This document shows positions 1 through 12,019 of a DNA stretch of 64,000 nt, in pieces (position 1 is the stretch's first letter; each line of letters begins with the position of its first letter). The notes below the pieces were generated by a model, which ran no database searches, was not told the DNA's origin, and was given only the letters and a program-made list of their open reading frames with translations. Location of the stretch: NCBI GenBank assembly GCA_030704615.1, contig CM060733.1:65844001-65908000 (forward strand), in the 5' to 3' direction. A program made the translations under genes and the position numbers. The stretch comes from Takakia lepidozioides (lineage: Eukaryota > Plantae > Bryophyta).

Positions 1-459
1 GGTTGTGGGTTCAAACCACCGTCTGGTGTGTCATGAAGGTGTCCACCTTCCTGCTGGAAGGCAGTAGCCCTTCGGGGTCAAGTGACACCATAAGTTACGC
101 TCCCTTCAGGAGGCGTCATACTTTTTACTTTATATGGGTCATCAGCGTAAACACACTTTCTGGCCACGCCTCTTTCCCTCCCCGCATTGTCCCCTCTGCT
201 CTCATACCCATCAAGAATGTGACACCTGGCCACACCTTCTTAGAAAATGCACTCACCCGGTCATCCACGGGCTTCGGATAACCCGCTATGTAACCACGCA
301 GTCTGGCACATCCATAAACTCCTCATGAACCGCGCCGAGACCAGATGGTTTTCACTAATTAACGCTGGAACTTACCAAGGACGACCCCCAGACCACACCG
401 TCCCACACTGGCTTCTCCCCTGTACTTGCTCCCACTCCCCCTGCACCTGCCCCGCTAGA

Positions 460-900
460 CTATGTCCAGACAGAGAACAGCATGTCCTACTACACATTGA
501 GGATATGTTCATACAAGTACCTTGAAGGACCAGCCTGCAATTAATCAGATTTCAAGCATGCAACCAAGTAAACTTCTTGGGCATGACAAAACATATTGCA
601 GCCTCACTCTTTGCCATTTGTAAGTACCCCAAGACATGCATCATGCAAGGCCCCTTGGGTAGGTAAGAACAGCCTGCCATACTACAGATTCAAGACATGT
701 ATACACAAGCATCTTGATGGACCAGCTTGTAGTTTATTAGATTCCAAACATGCAACCAAGTGACCCTCTTGGGCATGACAAGATAGACTGCAACTTCATT
801 CTACACCATGTATAATTGCCCCAAGACATGCATCATGTAAGGCATTTTGGCATGGAAGAAAGGCCTGCCATATTACAGATTCAAGATATGGACACAAAAA
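460..900. repeat. ~195-bp tandem repeat (about 2 units), same family as 4780-5230
   Basis: gattt/ccaa(g/a)catgcaaccaagt recurs at ~548 and ~740; ctacagattcaaga and ccccaagacatgcatcatg also recur; the same unit is present at 4780-5230. Confidence 0.8.
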
Positions 901-1209
901 AACTTTGAGTGCTCGAGACCAAGCCCACTTGGCCAAAAAAATTAAATCATACATTGCAGGTGCCTGGTCTGATGGCAAAATAAGGCAAACCATGGTAGGC
1001 AATGAAGTGGAGTGTGAGCAGTTGGTGTGGCCTTCGCAGGTTCCACCTGGATGACCTCTTCTTTTCAGCATCTATTTGTGGCGAAGAGGGACGGTCCCCA
1101 TTTGGTGGGGAGCTGAGATCAAGTCTAGCGTTGCAGAAGCAGAAATATACATGTCAGAACAGACCCTATTTTGGCGCAACAACTTATTATCTAGGCTATT
1201 TCGTCACTA

Positions 1210-3045
1210 TGGTGCATGGTTGCATTGCCAAAGCTGAAAATGTACCAAATGTAATTCTGAACAACACCCTTGCACAACAAGGGAGCGGGATGGAGGCTTT
1301 GGAGACCTATGGGCAAATGATTTGCGAAGCGGTGAAGCCCAACCACATAACGTTTGTTTGCATTTGCAATGCGTGTGCAAGCCTGATAGCCCTGGAAACG
1401 TGCAAAGAGGTCCATGGTGACATCGTCAAATTTGGAATTGTACCCGATGTCATTCTGAACACTGCCCTGGTGGACATGCATATCAAATGTAGGTGCATCG
1501 AGGATGCCAAGGGAGTCTTTGACAGTATGGCTGAACGAAACGAAATGTGGTGTTGTGGAGTAAGATGATTGCACGACATGCTCAGCAAGGGTGCAGGATG
1601 GAGCCTTTGGAGACCTATGAGCAAATGATGTGCGAAGGGGTGTGCGTTTGCAGTGCGTGTGCAAGCCTGGCAACCCTAGAAAAGGGCAAAGAGGTGCATG
1701 GTTGCATCGCTAAAGTTGGTGTTGTACCAGATGTGAACAATACCCTCGTGGACATGTATGCCAACTATGGGAGCATTGAGGATGCCGAGGGAGTGTTCAA
1801 CAATATGGCTGAACGAGATTTGGTGTCCTGGAACGCCATGCTTGCAGGATATGCATAGCAGGGGCGCGGGATGGAGGCCTTGGAGACCTATGAGCAAATG
1901 ATGGGGAAGGGGTGAAGTGCAACCACATCACATTTGTGTGCGTTTGCAATGCTTGTGCAAGCCTGGCAGCCCTGGAAAAGGGCAAAGAGGTGCATGGTGA
2001 CATCATCAAATCTGGAATTGTACCAAATGTCATTCTGGGCACTGGCCTGGTGGACATGTATGCGAAATGTGGATGCATTGAGGATGCAAAGGGAGTATTT
2101 GATAAGATGGCTGAACGATATGTGGTGTCATGGAATGCGATGTCACATGATATACACAACATGGTTGTCATAGGGAGGTCCTGCAACTATTTGAAGGAAT
2201 GCAAAAGAACGGCTTGAAGCAGTATCACCTTTATATGTGTGCATTTGCAATGTTTGAAGCCGGACAGTATCACGTTTATATGTGTTCTCTCTGCATGCAG
2301 CCACACTGGCCTACTAAATGAAGGAAGACGCTACTTTGATTCCCTGAGTCAAGATCATGGTGTCACTCCGATAGTAAAGCACTTTGGCTGCATGGTGGAC
2401 CTTCTTGGACGTGTGGTACAATTGGATGAGGCAGTGGACCTGATTAATAAAATGCCAATCAATCCAGATGTTGTGGTGTGGTTCAGGCCTTGCTTGGTGC
2501 TGCAGAGTCCATGGCAATGTGGAGATGGCTGAACGTGCGGCAACATCTATCATCAAGTGGGATGAATAAGATGCCGCGACTTATGTGTTGCTATCAAACA
2601 TCTATGCTGCAGCTGGCAGGTGGGATGATACTGCAAAGGTGAGAAGAATGATGAAGGTCAGAGGGGTTAGAAAGGACCCAGGTCGCTGTTGCATTGTTGT
2701 AGATGACAAGTTGCATCCCAGAACTAAGGAAATACATGCTGAGCTGAGAAGATGAAGGAGGCGGGGTATATGCCTGACACGCGCTTTGTATTGCGTAATG
2801 TGGGGAAGGAGGAAAAGGAAATTTCTCTTTGCCACCAAGTGAGAAGCTGGCCATTGCTTTTGGGCTGATCAGCATGACCCCTAGGATGCCTCTCCGTCTC
2901 ATCAAGAATCTTCGAGTGTGTGGTGACTGCCACACCTCCACCAAATTCATCTCAAAGATTGTTGGCTGAGCAATTGTTGTACGGGACGCTAACCGCTTTC
3001 ACCACTTTTGAAGATGGGATTTGTTCTTGTGGTGAAGACTGGTGA
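1210..3045 (+). pseudogene. PLS-class PPR-E1/E2-DYW RNA-editing factor pseudogene (5' truncated, several frameshifts and stops)
   Basis: Repeated P-L-S triplets (KPNHITFVCVCNACASL.ALEKGKEVHGDI; VILNTALVDMYAKCGCIEDAKGVFD; VVSWNAM); PDSITFICVLSACSHTGL and HFGCMVDLLGR; E-domain YVLLSNIYAAAGRWDD; PG box RKDPG; frameshifted [11 protein letters not shown] at ~2833-2870; [10 protein letters not shown]; RDANRFHHF; CSCGEDW* ending at TGA 3043-3045. Confidence 0.93.
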
Positions 3046-4284
3046 AAGGATGTTTTCTTGGAAAGATGTGAGTGTCTTGCTTCATTCATTGATCTATGTA
3101 GCTACTCAGACCATCCACCATTTCCTGGGAGGATTGACCATCATGTACTGTTGAGTGAATTTCCTGTGGCATATCCACAGGAAATGATAATAGGGTCTAC
3201 CCGGCATAGGTAGGAAGTCAGCCCATAATTGCACTTGACTGAAAGGGTGATTTTTGACTAATTCTAGTGACAGTGGATGGAAATCAGAGTGTTGTCCTAA
3301 TTCTCGGTTTGGGTGGTGGAGCTTCTCCAGGGCTTCCATTCACACTTGACAACAACGGGCAACAAGATGAGAGCTTGTTCTGGAGGACTATGCATCAACA
3401 AATGCTTCAGAACCTACAGGAACAAAAACTAAAATTATAAGCTGGACCAGAGAGAGAGAGAGAGATAAAGAGAAAAAACAGATCCAGAAGGAGGAGAGTA
3501 AGTATATCTTTCTCTGATTATTCACATGAGTTGTCCCTTAGTTGGGTGTAATTTCATTGATATTAATTGAACCAACATGACGGACCAAAAGCTCGTTTAT
3601 GGGATGTTGGACGGTTACTGGAGGGAAGAGAAAAAGACCTCACTTTCTTGAAGGGGATTTCAGGAGAGTTTTTCGCCTTGTTTGAGATTGGCAGCTCAAG
3701 TAATTACCCCCAACCTTGAACTCCAACATGCACAAACCGATGTTATAGTGTGAGGGAGTCAAGCCGCATCAATCAACAACAACATACCCAAATACCCTTA
3801 CAATCACTATATGAACTTTCAACGTCTTATCAGGTGTGGAAGTGTCTACATATTGGGCAAAAAAGGGGTTCAACTCCCCCTCACTTCTTGGGTATAGATA
3901 GATACAATGAAATACGGAGATGTGACATGATGGCTTCGGCAACATTCCACCATTCTTCTTCCGAAAAACAATGAAATATGTATGTATGTATCACCATGGG
4001 GATGACCCACCCCTTTTTTTTGTGAAAATTGAAAGTAGTTCTCAGAATTCGTCACTAGTAGTGCGGAGCAACGCGAAGCCCTAGTAATTCTAGCGACAAC
4101 CAAAGGTCGGAAGCTAGTTTAGCGTAGAGCAGATATAGGGTACCATAGTGCCTCATCATCATCGCCACATCATCGTCGCGTCGTCAATTTTCGTCGGACC
4201 TACCCGGACTGCCCAAAAATGTCTTTGCAGCGCGAGGAAATGGATGACAATACCCGGCATCCTTGAGCGCGAAGGGGTTTCACG

Positions 4285-4740
4285 CAATGTGGTGAGGGCA
4301 CCTTCTTCTTCGACCTATCTCAGCCTGTTTTGCCTCTCATCAGGCTCGGCCCTGAGATGCCTGTTATCAGAGTCGTCCCTAAATTTTCATGCTGAATTCT
4401 GCAAGTTAGCTCGTTGGTGGATCTATGATGGTTGTGGAGTGATTTTGACATGTTACTGCCGATGTGACAACAGGAAAGTATCAAAAAACAGATAACAGAG
4501 ACGAGGAGTATCCAAATTCAACATGAAACTATCCAGAAACAGGTCCAGATTCATCCAAGAGGGCCGGATTTCAAGCTCCAGATTACCTATGATTCCCTGT
4601 GGAAGGATAGCTACAAGAAACTTGCATGGGTAGATGGTCAACTGGAAGCCGAAGCAGCAGCGGCAAATTAATAAAATTAGGCACTGCTAGTCAAGGCATT
4701 CTTCAACACATTTCACCCTGTTTTTCCCTCTTATTAGAGT
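4285..4740 (+). pseudogene. Fragment of the PDF-motif (OSB-type) cassette: linker plus second-half exon
   Basis: CGEGTFFFDL linker (~4288) matches 47560-47630; after AG at 4547-4548 the sequence reads IHPRGPDFKLQITYDSLWKDSYKKLAWVDGQLEAEAAAA; inverted relative to the copies at 44.7-60.4 kb. Confidence 0.8.
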
Positions 4741-4779
4741 AGCAGAGGCAATTGAGCATAAGAACTAGTGTGATAAAAT

Positions 4780-5230
4780 CCAAGATATGTATACACAGGT
4801 ACCTTGAAGTGAACCAAGATATGCACCATGCAAGGCTCCATGGGTAGGTAAGAACAGCCTGCCCTACTACAGATTCAGAGTATGTACATATAAGCACCTT
4901 GAAGGACCAGCCTGCAATTTACCAGATTTCAAACATGCAACCAAGTAGTCTTTTTGGGCATGACAAAACATATTGATGCTTCACTCTTTGCCATTTGTAA
5001 GGACCCCAAGACATGCATCATGCAAGGCTCCTTGGGTAGATAAGAACAACCTGTCCTACTACAGATTCAGGATACGTTCATACAAGTACCTTGAAGGACC
5101 AGCCTGCAATTAATCAGATTTCAGGCATGCAACCAAGTAAACTTCTTGGGCATGACAAAATATATTGCAGCTTCACTCTTTGCCATTAGTAAGTACCCCA
5201 AGACATGTATACACAAGCATCTTGATGGGC
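4780..5230. repeat. ~195-bp tandem repeat (about 2.3 units), same family as 460-900
   Basis: cagatttca(a/g)(a/g)catgcaaccaagta at ~4923 and ~5116; accttgaaggaccagcctgcaatt at ~4896 and ~5088. Confidence 0.8.
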
Positions 5231-6928
5231 AATGACAGGCCTCTTTCAGGCCTGGATTTGGTGTGGAATGGAGCATAGTGAGGTTTTTATTTGCAAAACC
5301 TGGCATAAACCTCCTGGAAAACAGTGTTGGTAAGCTCTACTGGACCTTTGCCAGAGAAAAAACCAGCAAGTTAGAAAGAATCTGTCCAAGCCTTCTGGCA
5401 CTAGCCATCCTCCTCACCAAATATTTCTCCTGCATTGATATGTCTAATCCACAAATCTCACTTTTCTTGTACAATGACTGTCAGGCTGGGACGGAGACAA
5501 ATGATTTAAGGTAAGAAGATTTCAGGTTTCTGTCTAACAACAATTGGAGACTATCACTCTTCAACCCACCCTCATATGTCATAGTCATAGAGAGCAAGAG
5601 GAGAAGTGACCAACCAGTGCTAAATGCTCTGTTCAGACCACGAGCCAAATAGCGAGTGCCAGGATGCAGACGGCTCCGTCGGGCAGTGAGTACCACTGTT
5701 ACTTGTTGGTCCTTGGCATCAGGGAATGACCGCGACTCTGCGAGACCCTGCCCGCACAAGTAAACCAAAAACTTACTGCCTATGCTAATTCACTGCCCAC
5801 ACAAGTAAACCCGACACTAATAATTGCACTGGACATCACCTGCTAATACACAGAGCGAACAATTAGTGTTTGGCACTGCTACAGCAAATCCCAGACGCCT
5901 GTCTACGTAGACTAGTCACACACAGATTGAGCATACCTGTAAGAGAACCACACAGTGGTGCTCAAGCCCAATTGCCTTGAAAGGAAAAGACGACGACGAG
6001 TTCCACACAAATTCTTTGTCAAGCTACTCCACAGAAGCGTCGCTGGCAAATGGACGTGTCACGTCCCTTGTCTCACAAAAGTAATGCAAGCCGTCAATTG
6101 CTATATCCACCAGATCTGCTACATTTTTGGTCTCTCCCTTTACTTAATACTGGGGGTTTCCCAGAGAAATCTTTCCGCACTGACTCTCAACAACTGTGTT
6201 CACACAGTCACCACATGGTAGCTATGGTATAGACACTCTGAGCTTTGTGGCAAGTAAACGCAAGCCTATACTTCCCAAAACAAGGTGAAGTTAAAATGTG
6301 AAAGACTCTTGACGATAGATCCCCTTCAATTCTGGTGGGGAGCCCAAACGTGTTCCCATGAGACCAATTTTGGGAGACAATGAAAACGCTGTGCCGAAGC
6401 AATCTTTCCTCAAATCTAAAACTAAAAAATACATAGATTTTTGGAGAAAGAGAATGAATATTGATGCGCATTATGGTTCACTATCATGAAAAAAGTATGA
6501 TGAATACTGGAGCAATATTTTGAAAGAGTTAGATCTGGAGCTCGAGAATACTAAAGATAGTCTTTTGGAAGGATTTTGGCTCTCAACAAAATGATGGGAA
6601 AATCATGTGAGAGATGGATTTAATGCTTGCTATGACGAATCAAGTGACAGCGAGGCTGAGGCGGTTGTTTCTTATTGTGGGCCGAGGGTGATCGTCCAAA
6701 AGAAGGCTTAATTCCATACAAAGACGTTGAAAAAAGATTTTTCGTCCTTGCTCGTCCTACGGATCCTTACATGTATCCGTTTGGTTGGGAATGGCCTCAT
6801 CCGATGTAATTTGAGATAGGAAAAATATCAATAACAGAAAATTCCTTCTTGAGTGGTGGAGACCAAGAAATGGAGGAAATCCATCTAATTTGGAAAGGTA
6901 CAATGATTGTTGGACAAAGACCTAGGAA

Positions 6929-8570
6929 TTGATCAACGCCGATGATAATCCACAGTGGATTCATGTCGATACCGTTGCTTGGACCATGCCCGTGAGAAAA
7001 AATACTACAAGGTCAAGTACAAAGCGAATAAGTGCTAAAGAGGCGGAGAAGACAAAAGCTAATATCGATGAAGTGAATCTCCAATCCGATGCGGAGGCAA
7101 GTTCTCCGGTTAATTATGACAATCAATCTCTTCAGTGTGTCCATGGTGGGGTGACTGACTGTGTGAATGATGAACCCTCTCTACCTTCCATTTGGCCGGT
7201 GCAGGCAAAGGGTTGTAACCTGGACCAGGGGGAAGTCGATATGTTGACACGGACAGGTTTTAGGCTTGTGCCTAGAAATGATGAGTTTTCTGTCTCAAAT
7301 CTAGTTCCATTAGGAAGTGAGAATGCGAATGCAAGCACAATGCGCCAAAATTCAGAAAACGGAGATGTTTATCCAACAACCAGGTTGGGCAAGCAGTATA
7401 AGAGGAAGTGGCATAACAAGCTAAACTTCATCAGAATGCAAAGTGCAGATACACTTCATGCATAGGTCACTGGTTTCGCAGATAATCCCGCCCCAAGATT
7501 TGAGAGATTGTACACTATAAGGACTGCATGATCTTCTCAGAGTAATATGTGTACAATGTTACCGTTGGGAAATTTCCTGAATGTACCTGCTAGGATTTTA
7601 TTGCGATGAAAAATACGCGGGGAGCCTACAGTCCTTGCAAGCATTTGTATTTCATTTTCTTGAGAAGGCGTGAATGTTGTCGGAACTGGGAAATGGTACA
7701 CCAGCCAATTATGACGCGCGATGAGGTCGCAAAGTTGTTCATTACGGACCCTAGTCCGTTGTATATTTGAGCAGCGATTTGACATGTGCGGTACTTGCAT
7801 GATGGATTTCTTATTTTCTTACATTATGCCTTGTCAGGAATGGAATATCTCGTGCTACCTAAACTTTAGATATATAAAATAAAAACCAAGGCACCAAGGG
7901 GGGAAAGTCTTATATGGTCCATAATCTGACCATTGTTAATTCTCTTCTTCACAGCTCCCTTGATGCCATATTAGCAGGGAAATGCATGGGGCAATTCAAC
8001 TTCTAGTAAAATCATAAAAACAAGTCTTATACATCTTCTTTGGCATTTTTAAACTAGTTTACGCGCTGAAAAGACAATCACTCGATTCCTAGAGGGGAAA
8101 AATGGAAGGCTGCAGGGTGCCATACCAGTACACCAAAGAAAGGGAGAGTTGCGGAGCCAGGCTTTAAAGGCCAAGCCCCTGGCAATGGAGATATCATGGT
8201 AGCCCCTGTTTCTGTCTGCCGCCAAGTGTCCACAATAGGTTCAGCTGTTTTTTTTTTTTAATCGCAGTGGAGATGTCTCCCTTCAATGACAATATTGTAT
8301 GGATATTTTCTTCGCTCTCTTTGAAGTCCAAGGTCGATTTGCTGTAGGGTCAAAGTTCGGCGTTGAACCTTGACACATGCAAAGGCACCAAAAAACAGAT
8401 TTTTTTTATAAAAAAAATTGTTTGTACATAAGATGTCAAAAAACATACGTGCACGTCATGTTTGGCGCCGAACAGTGCTATCGGCTCGGCAGAGGTCCGA
8501 ACCTGCTATTTAGCTTCGGGATTAAATTTATTCCACAGTTTGGTTAGGGATAGGCTCGGCACAGGCTCGG
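6929..8570 (+). mobile_element. Decayed 3' part of a Mutator-like element (C-terminal/SWIM region), same family as 48975-52154
   Basis: LPSIWPVQAKGCNLDQGEVDMLTRTGFRLVP matches IPDIWRVMVGTNLSQAEVNSFTKAGFRLVP of ORF 50766; YPTTRLGKQYKRK matches YATKRWDRVYRRK; broken SWIM (YNVTVGKFPECTC*DF...PCKHLYFI) at ~7550-7660. Confidence 0.75.
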
Positions 8571-9224
8571 GATTTTTTTGTGAAGAATATCCCGAAAATA
8601 GAATTATATCATGGTCGGCAGACTCTACTCACAGAAATTGGGGTTTGTGCTCATGGAAAAACCAACCTCTCAGAGAAAGTAAGGTAGAAACACCTAAAAT
8701 GGAGCACATCCCAAAACGGACCAAAATACATAAAACTAACCATACACCATCTCTAAAAGGTGCTTTGATCGCAAGTGGTCCAGATTAGGTCATGTAGTGG
8801 GCCGCAATGGAACTCCAATGAACCCTTTTAACTCATACATGATCATGATGACACCACTAATGCTGATCCAGAGTGGGGTCTGGAAAAAGGAGTGATAAAG
8901 ATTTATCAAGTGGCCTCTAAAGGGAGAGCGAGATGGTTACCAACACTAGTATATGTGATAGCGTTGCTATCCATTAAACGAGTGGAGTTTGAAAGCTGGG
9001 AGGAACGAAAAGTGAATGTTTACACTCATATGCATGAAGAGCTTGAACTGGTAAAGAATTGGATACCAAAGGATATCCTTTGGATCAAGCTTACACCAAA
9101 AACGGCTTTTCAGACCTGCCATATGGTTATATGGTAACGGAGCCTTCCGGTCTAGCCAAGGGTGCATTAAAGCTTGAAAGAAATCCAGGCATATACGAGA
9201 GATACTACACACTTTGAAAAAAAT

Positions 9225-9640
9225 GTAGTGTGATTTCATGTGATAAAAATCTTTTCATTGAGCAGAGAATGCCCTGGATCTGTAACAATGGGGGGTGATA
9301 TGCAAGACTCTAAAAGCTGTGAGGGTGGGGTGTTAAGAAAGCCAGACTGCAAGGTTCACTTCATGGGTTCACATGTCATCTTGTTTGTTGGACTTAGTGC
9401 AGGTGCGAGCTGCCATAGCTCGATGGACTACTGATCTGGATAGGTATACAGAGGGGCAGCGATGCAGCTCAAAGGAAAGAGGAAGCGTCGTTGGCACTTT
9501 CATAAGAGATCGGTGACCTGCATTTTATTTCAGGGCAGACAAGACTTATCCATTGGAGCTTGGTAACTTGTGCAACTGCCAGAGCAGGAAGTGGTGCCGG
9601 CTTTGTCTTGATGAATCCGTGACTCGAGAATCGCTGGAAG
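9225..9640 (+). repeat. ~410-bp direct repeat of 22512-22965 (LTR-like / retrotransposon 3' region)
   Basis: Long near-identical blocks, e.g. aaaatcttttcattgagcagagaatg ... gaatccgtgactcgagaatcgctggaag, in both places. Confidence 0.85.
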
Positions 9641-10658
9641 GGCCAAAGCATGCTACAGGCCATCCAAAAGCGGCAACTTGCAGTCCATGAAAAATGGACA
9701 TATGAAGTAGAATACGCAGCACGCGGGAATGGCGGAGCAAAAAGTCGAATTAATTGTAGCCGTTGATGGTTTTTGTACATCAAGTTGCAACCGTCGATTG
9801 GAGGTCGCCTTCGTCGGGTATGTGGGTGGCTGGAAGATGGCTGGTCGCATTGGGCTAGACTGAAGCGCGGGGATGACGAGCTGCCAGGTAGGACGTGCGA
9901 CGCGCAACTAGAAGCTAGCTAAGACGTACGAGTTGATTGGGATTGGGAATGTGAAGAGATTGGGAAGAGATTGGGAATGTTTGATCATTTGTGTGTTTCT
10001 ATGGGCGCGCTTGGGTGGTGGCAGCAGAGGAAGCGGGCAATGCGAGCAGAGCTTATAAAGCGCAACACTGTGTGTTGCTGCCATAGCAGAGGAGGCAGGA
10101 GGGTAGAGGAGTAGAGGAGGAGCTTGGGCGGGGGTGCTGGGGTGTGCCATTGCTGGAAAAACACTTGAGAACACCAAAAAACTTGTCTCTTTTGTCAATC
10201 ATTGGGATCGAAGAGGAATATGGCAATGCATATCATCAATATGTGAATGTTGATTCTATGAAACCGAACCATGTGGAAAATATAGAATTTGGAAACGTGT
10301 GGAAAGCAGGTTTGTCATCTATGTGGATCACTTGCACTTCCTGAAGGCTGCACTTGCGTTAACGAGAGACGATCCAGACTTGGCCTCTGATTGAAAGGTA
10401 ATTTCATGTCAGAATTAGGTAGTATGGTTGTCATGAAGCTGGAAATGTCAGTAGGTTGTTGGTTTTGTTGGTTTGTTGTTTTGTGGTTTGTTGGTTCTCA
10501 TGAAGCTGGAAATGTCGGTAGGGTGTTGGTTTGTAGCTCCATCCTTGCCCCCTCATGTTGCTGTCTCCGTACATAACCAACCTGGAGCTGTAAAAAACTG
10601 GTCTAATGGGAGTGCGGGGCTGGGAGTATATAGGGCACTCAGGAAGCGGTTCAAAACA

Positions 10659-12019
10659 ATGGTGCAGTTGGGGAGTAAGTTAGAGAATTCACCTACTAAA
10701 GTGAAGAGTTCCAAAGCGGCATCCGAAGATACTATGGGCGAAAGAGGGGGGCAAAAATCAGCAGATTACTTCAGGGATGTCCTCAAGCTGAATGGGACAG
10801 GCAAGAATCCCAAACAACTTGTCTTAGACAAAGACATCACCAAAGAACAATGTGCAAAGTTGTTTGGACAACCTGCAAACAAGAATGACTACTTTTACAT
10901 GGGCTATACTGACAAGAGTCTGATTCCCAAAATCGAGGACCTGTGGAGTAAGGTTCATGGGTATGACTGTAAGCCAACCGGTGGTATCATTGCAAACTTG
11001 ATGGCAAGGCGCATTGCCTATGAAAAAAGGACTGGACAAAAACTCAATTGGGCAGTATACGCGGCATGGACAGCTAAGCAACAAGAAAGAATGAAGGAGC
11101 ATCGAGAAGTAAAGGACCCCGGCAACACAGACAGTAAGCCAAAGCAGGAGTCTGTGAATTGAAAGATAGGCTACGCAAAACCCCAGGTAGAGGCAAAGAA
11201 GGACTGAAACAAACGCCTGAGCAAGTGATTATAGAGATGGAAAGGAAAAAACATGAACAGGAGTATGTGGCAACTGCCTTAGTGAGCCTTCAGGAACTAC
11301 ATGATTTGAAGTATGAGGAGATGTGTGGGGCAAAGGAAGAGTTGGAGAGGTTAAAGAGATGGAAGTTGGACTTGATGGAGAAGACGCGGACTGTTTGGGT
11401 ACAAATAGAAGACAGACAATGGTGTCTTGCAAAGTGTCGGAACAAGATTGCAGACCTAGCGGCCAAACTCTCCCACGGGGGTGCCACAATCCAAGCCGGG
11501 GAAGAGACCTTAATGCAAAAAGGGGAAGAGAGTGTTGGGTTACTGAACTGTGGAAAGGGAAGACAGTCTGAGATACAAAGGGAACTTGACCAGAAGAAAT
11601 TGATTGAAGCAGAATTTTGGCTCAATGCTGATAAGACCAAAAAAAAGTTCAATGCTTTGTGTGATGCAGGGGACCAGCAAGACAGGGACATTAGAGTGGC
11701 AGAGAATGTGGTTGATGTTGCTGACACAGAGAGGAGTCTTATCCAAGATCAGATTGAGGCCTTGACAAATGGGGACAAAGGACTCACCATCTATCCTATG
11801 CCTATATGTCATCCTCAAGTGATCAAAGATAGTATGTCCATCAAGGATTTCCTGAAGGTCTCTCCTTGCCCTGTTTGCCACAAAGGTTTCCATTGTTGGG
11901 ACATGGTGGTGGCATCTTGTAAGCACACTTACCATCCCGCTTGTATGGCATCCCATATGAAGACGTCAAACAGGTGTAAGGGGGTATTTGCAGGATTGGG
12001 TGTCTCAGTTTTTGCGTAA
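10659..12019 (+). pseudogene. TE-associated ORF (frameshift near 11160): unknown N-terminal domain, long coiled coil, C-terminal RING-H2-like finger
   Basis: ORFs 10473-11162 and 11159-12019 abut; E/K/L-rich helical middle; CPVC-x12-CKHTYHPAC-x10-C lacks the last Cys; intronless. Confidence 0.6.

Noticed and set aside
1210-3045. Functional DYW gene, or a U-to-C (DYW:KP) type editor
   Set aside because: Multiple frameshifts, including at HSEK; the PG box and SEKLA/CGDCH look like the conventional C-to-U type; RNA editing cannot repair frameshifts
5240-6900. Retroelement or TE accessory remnants
   Set aside because: Too degenerate to assign to a family by eye
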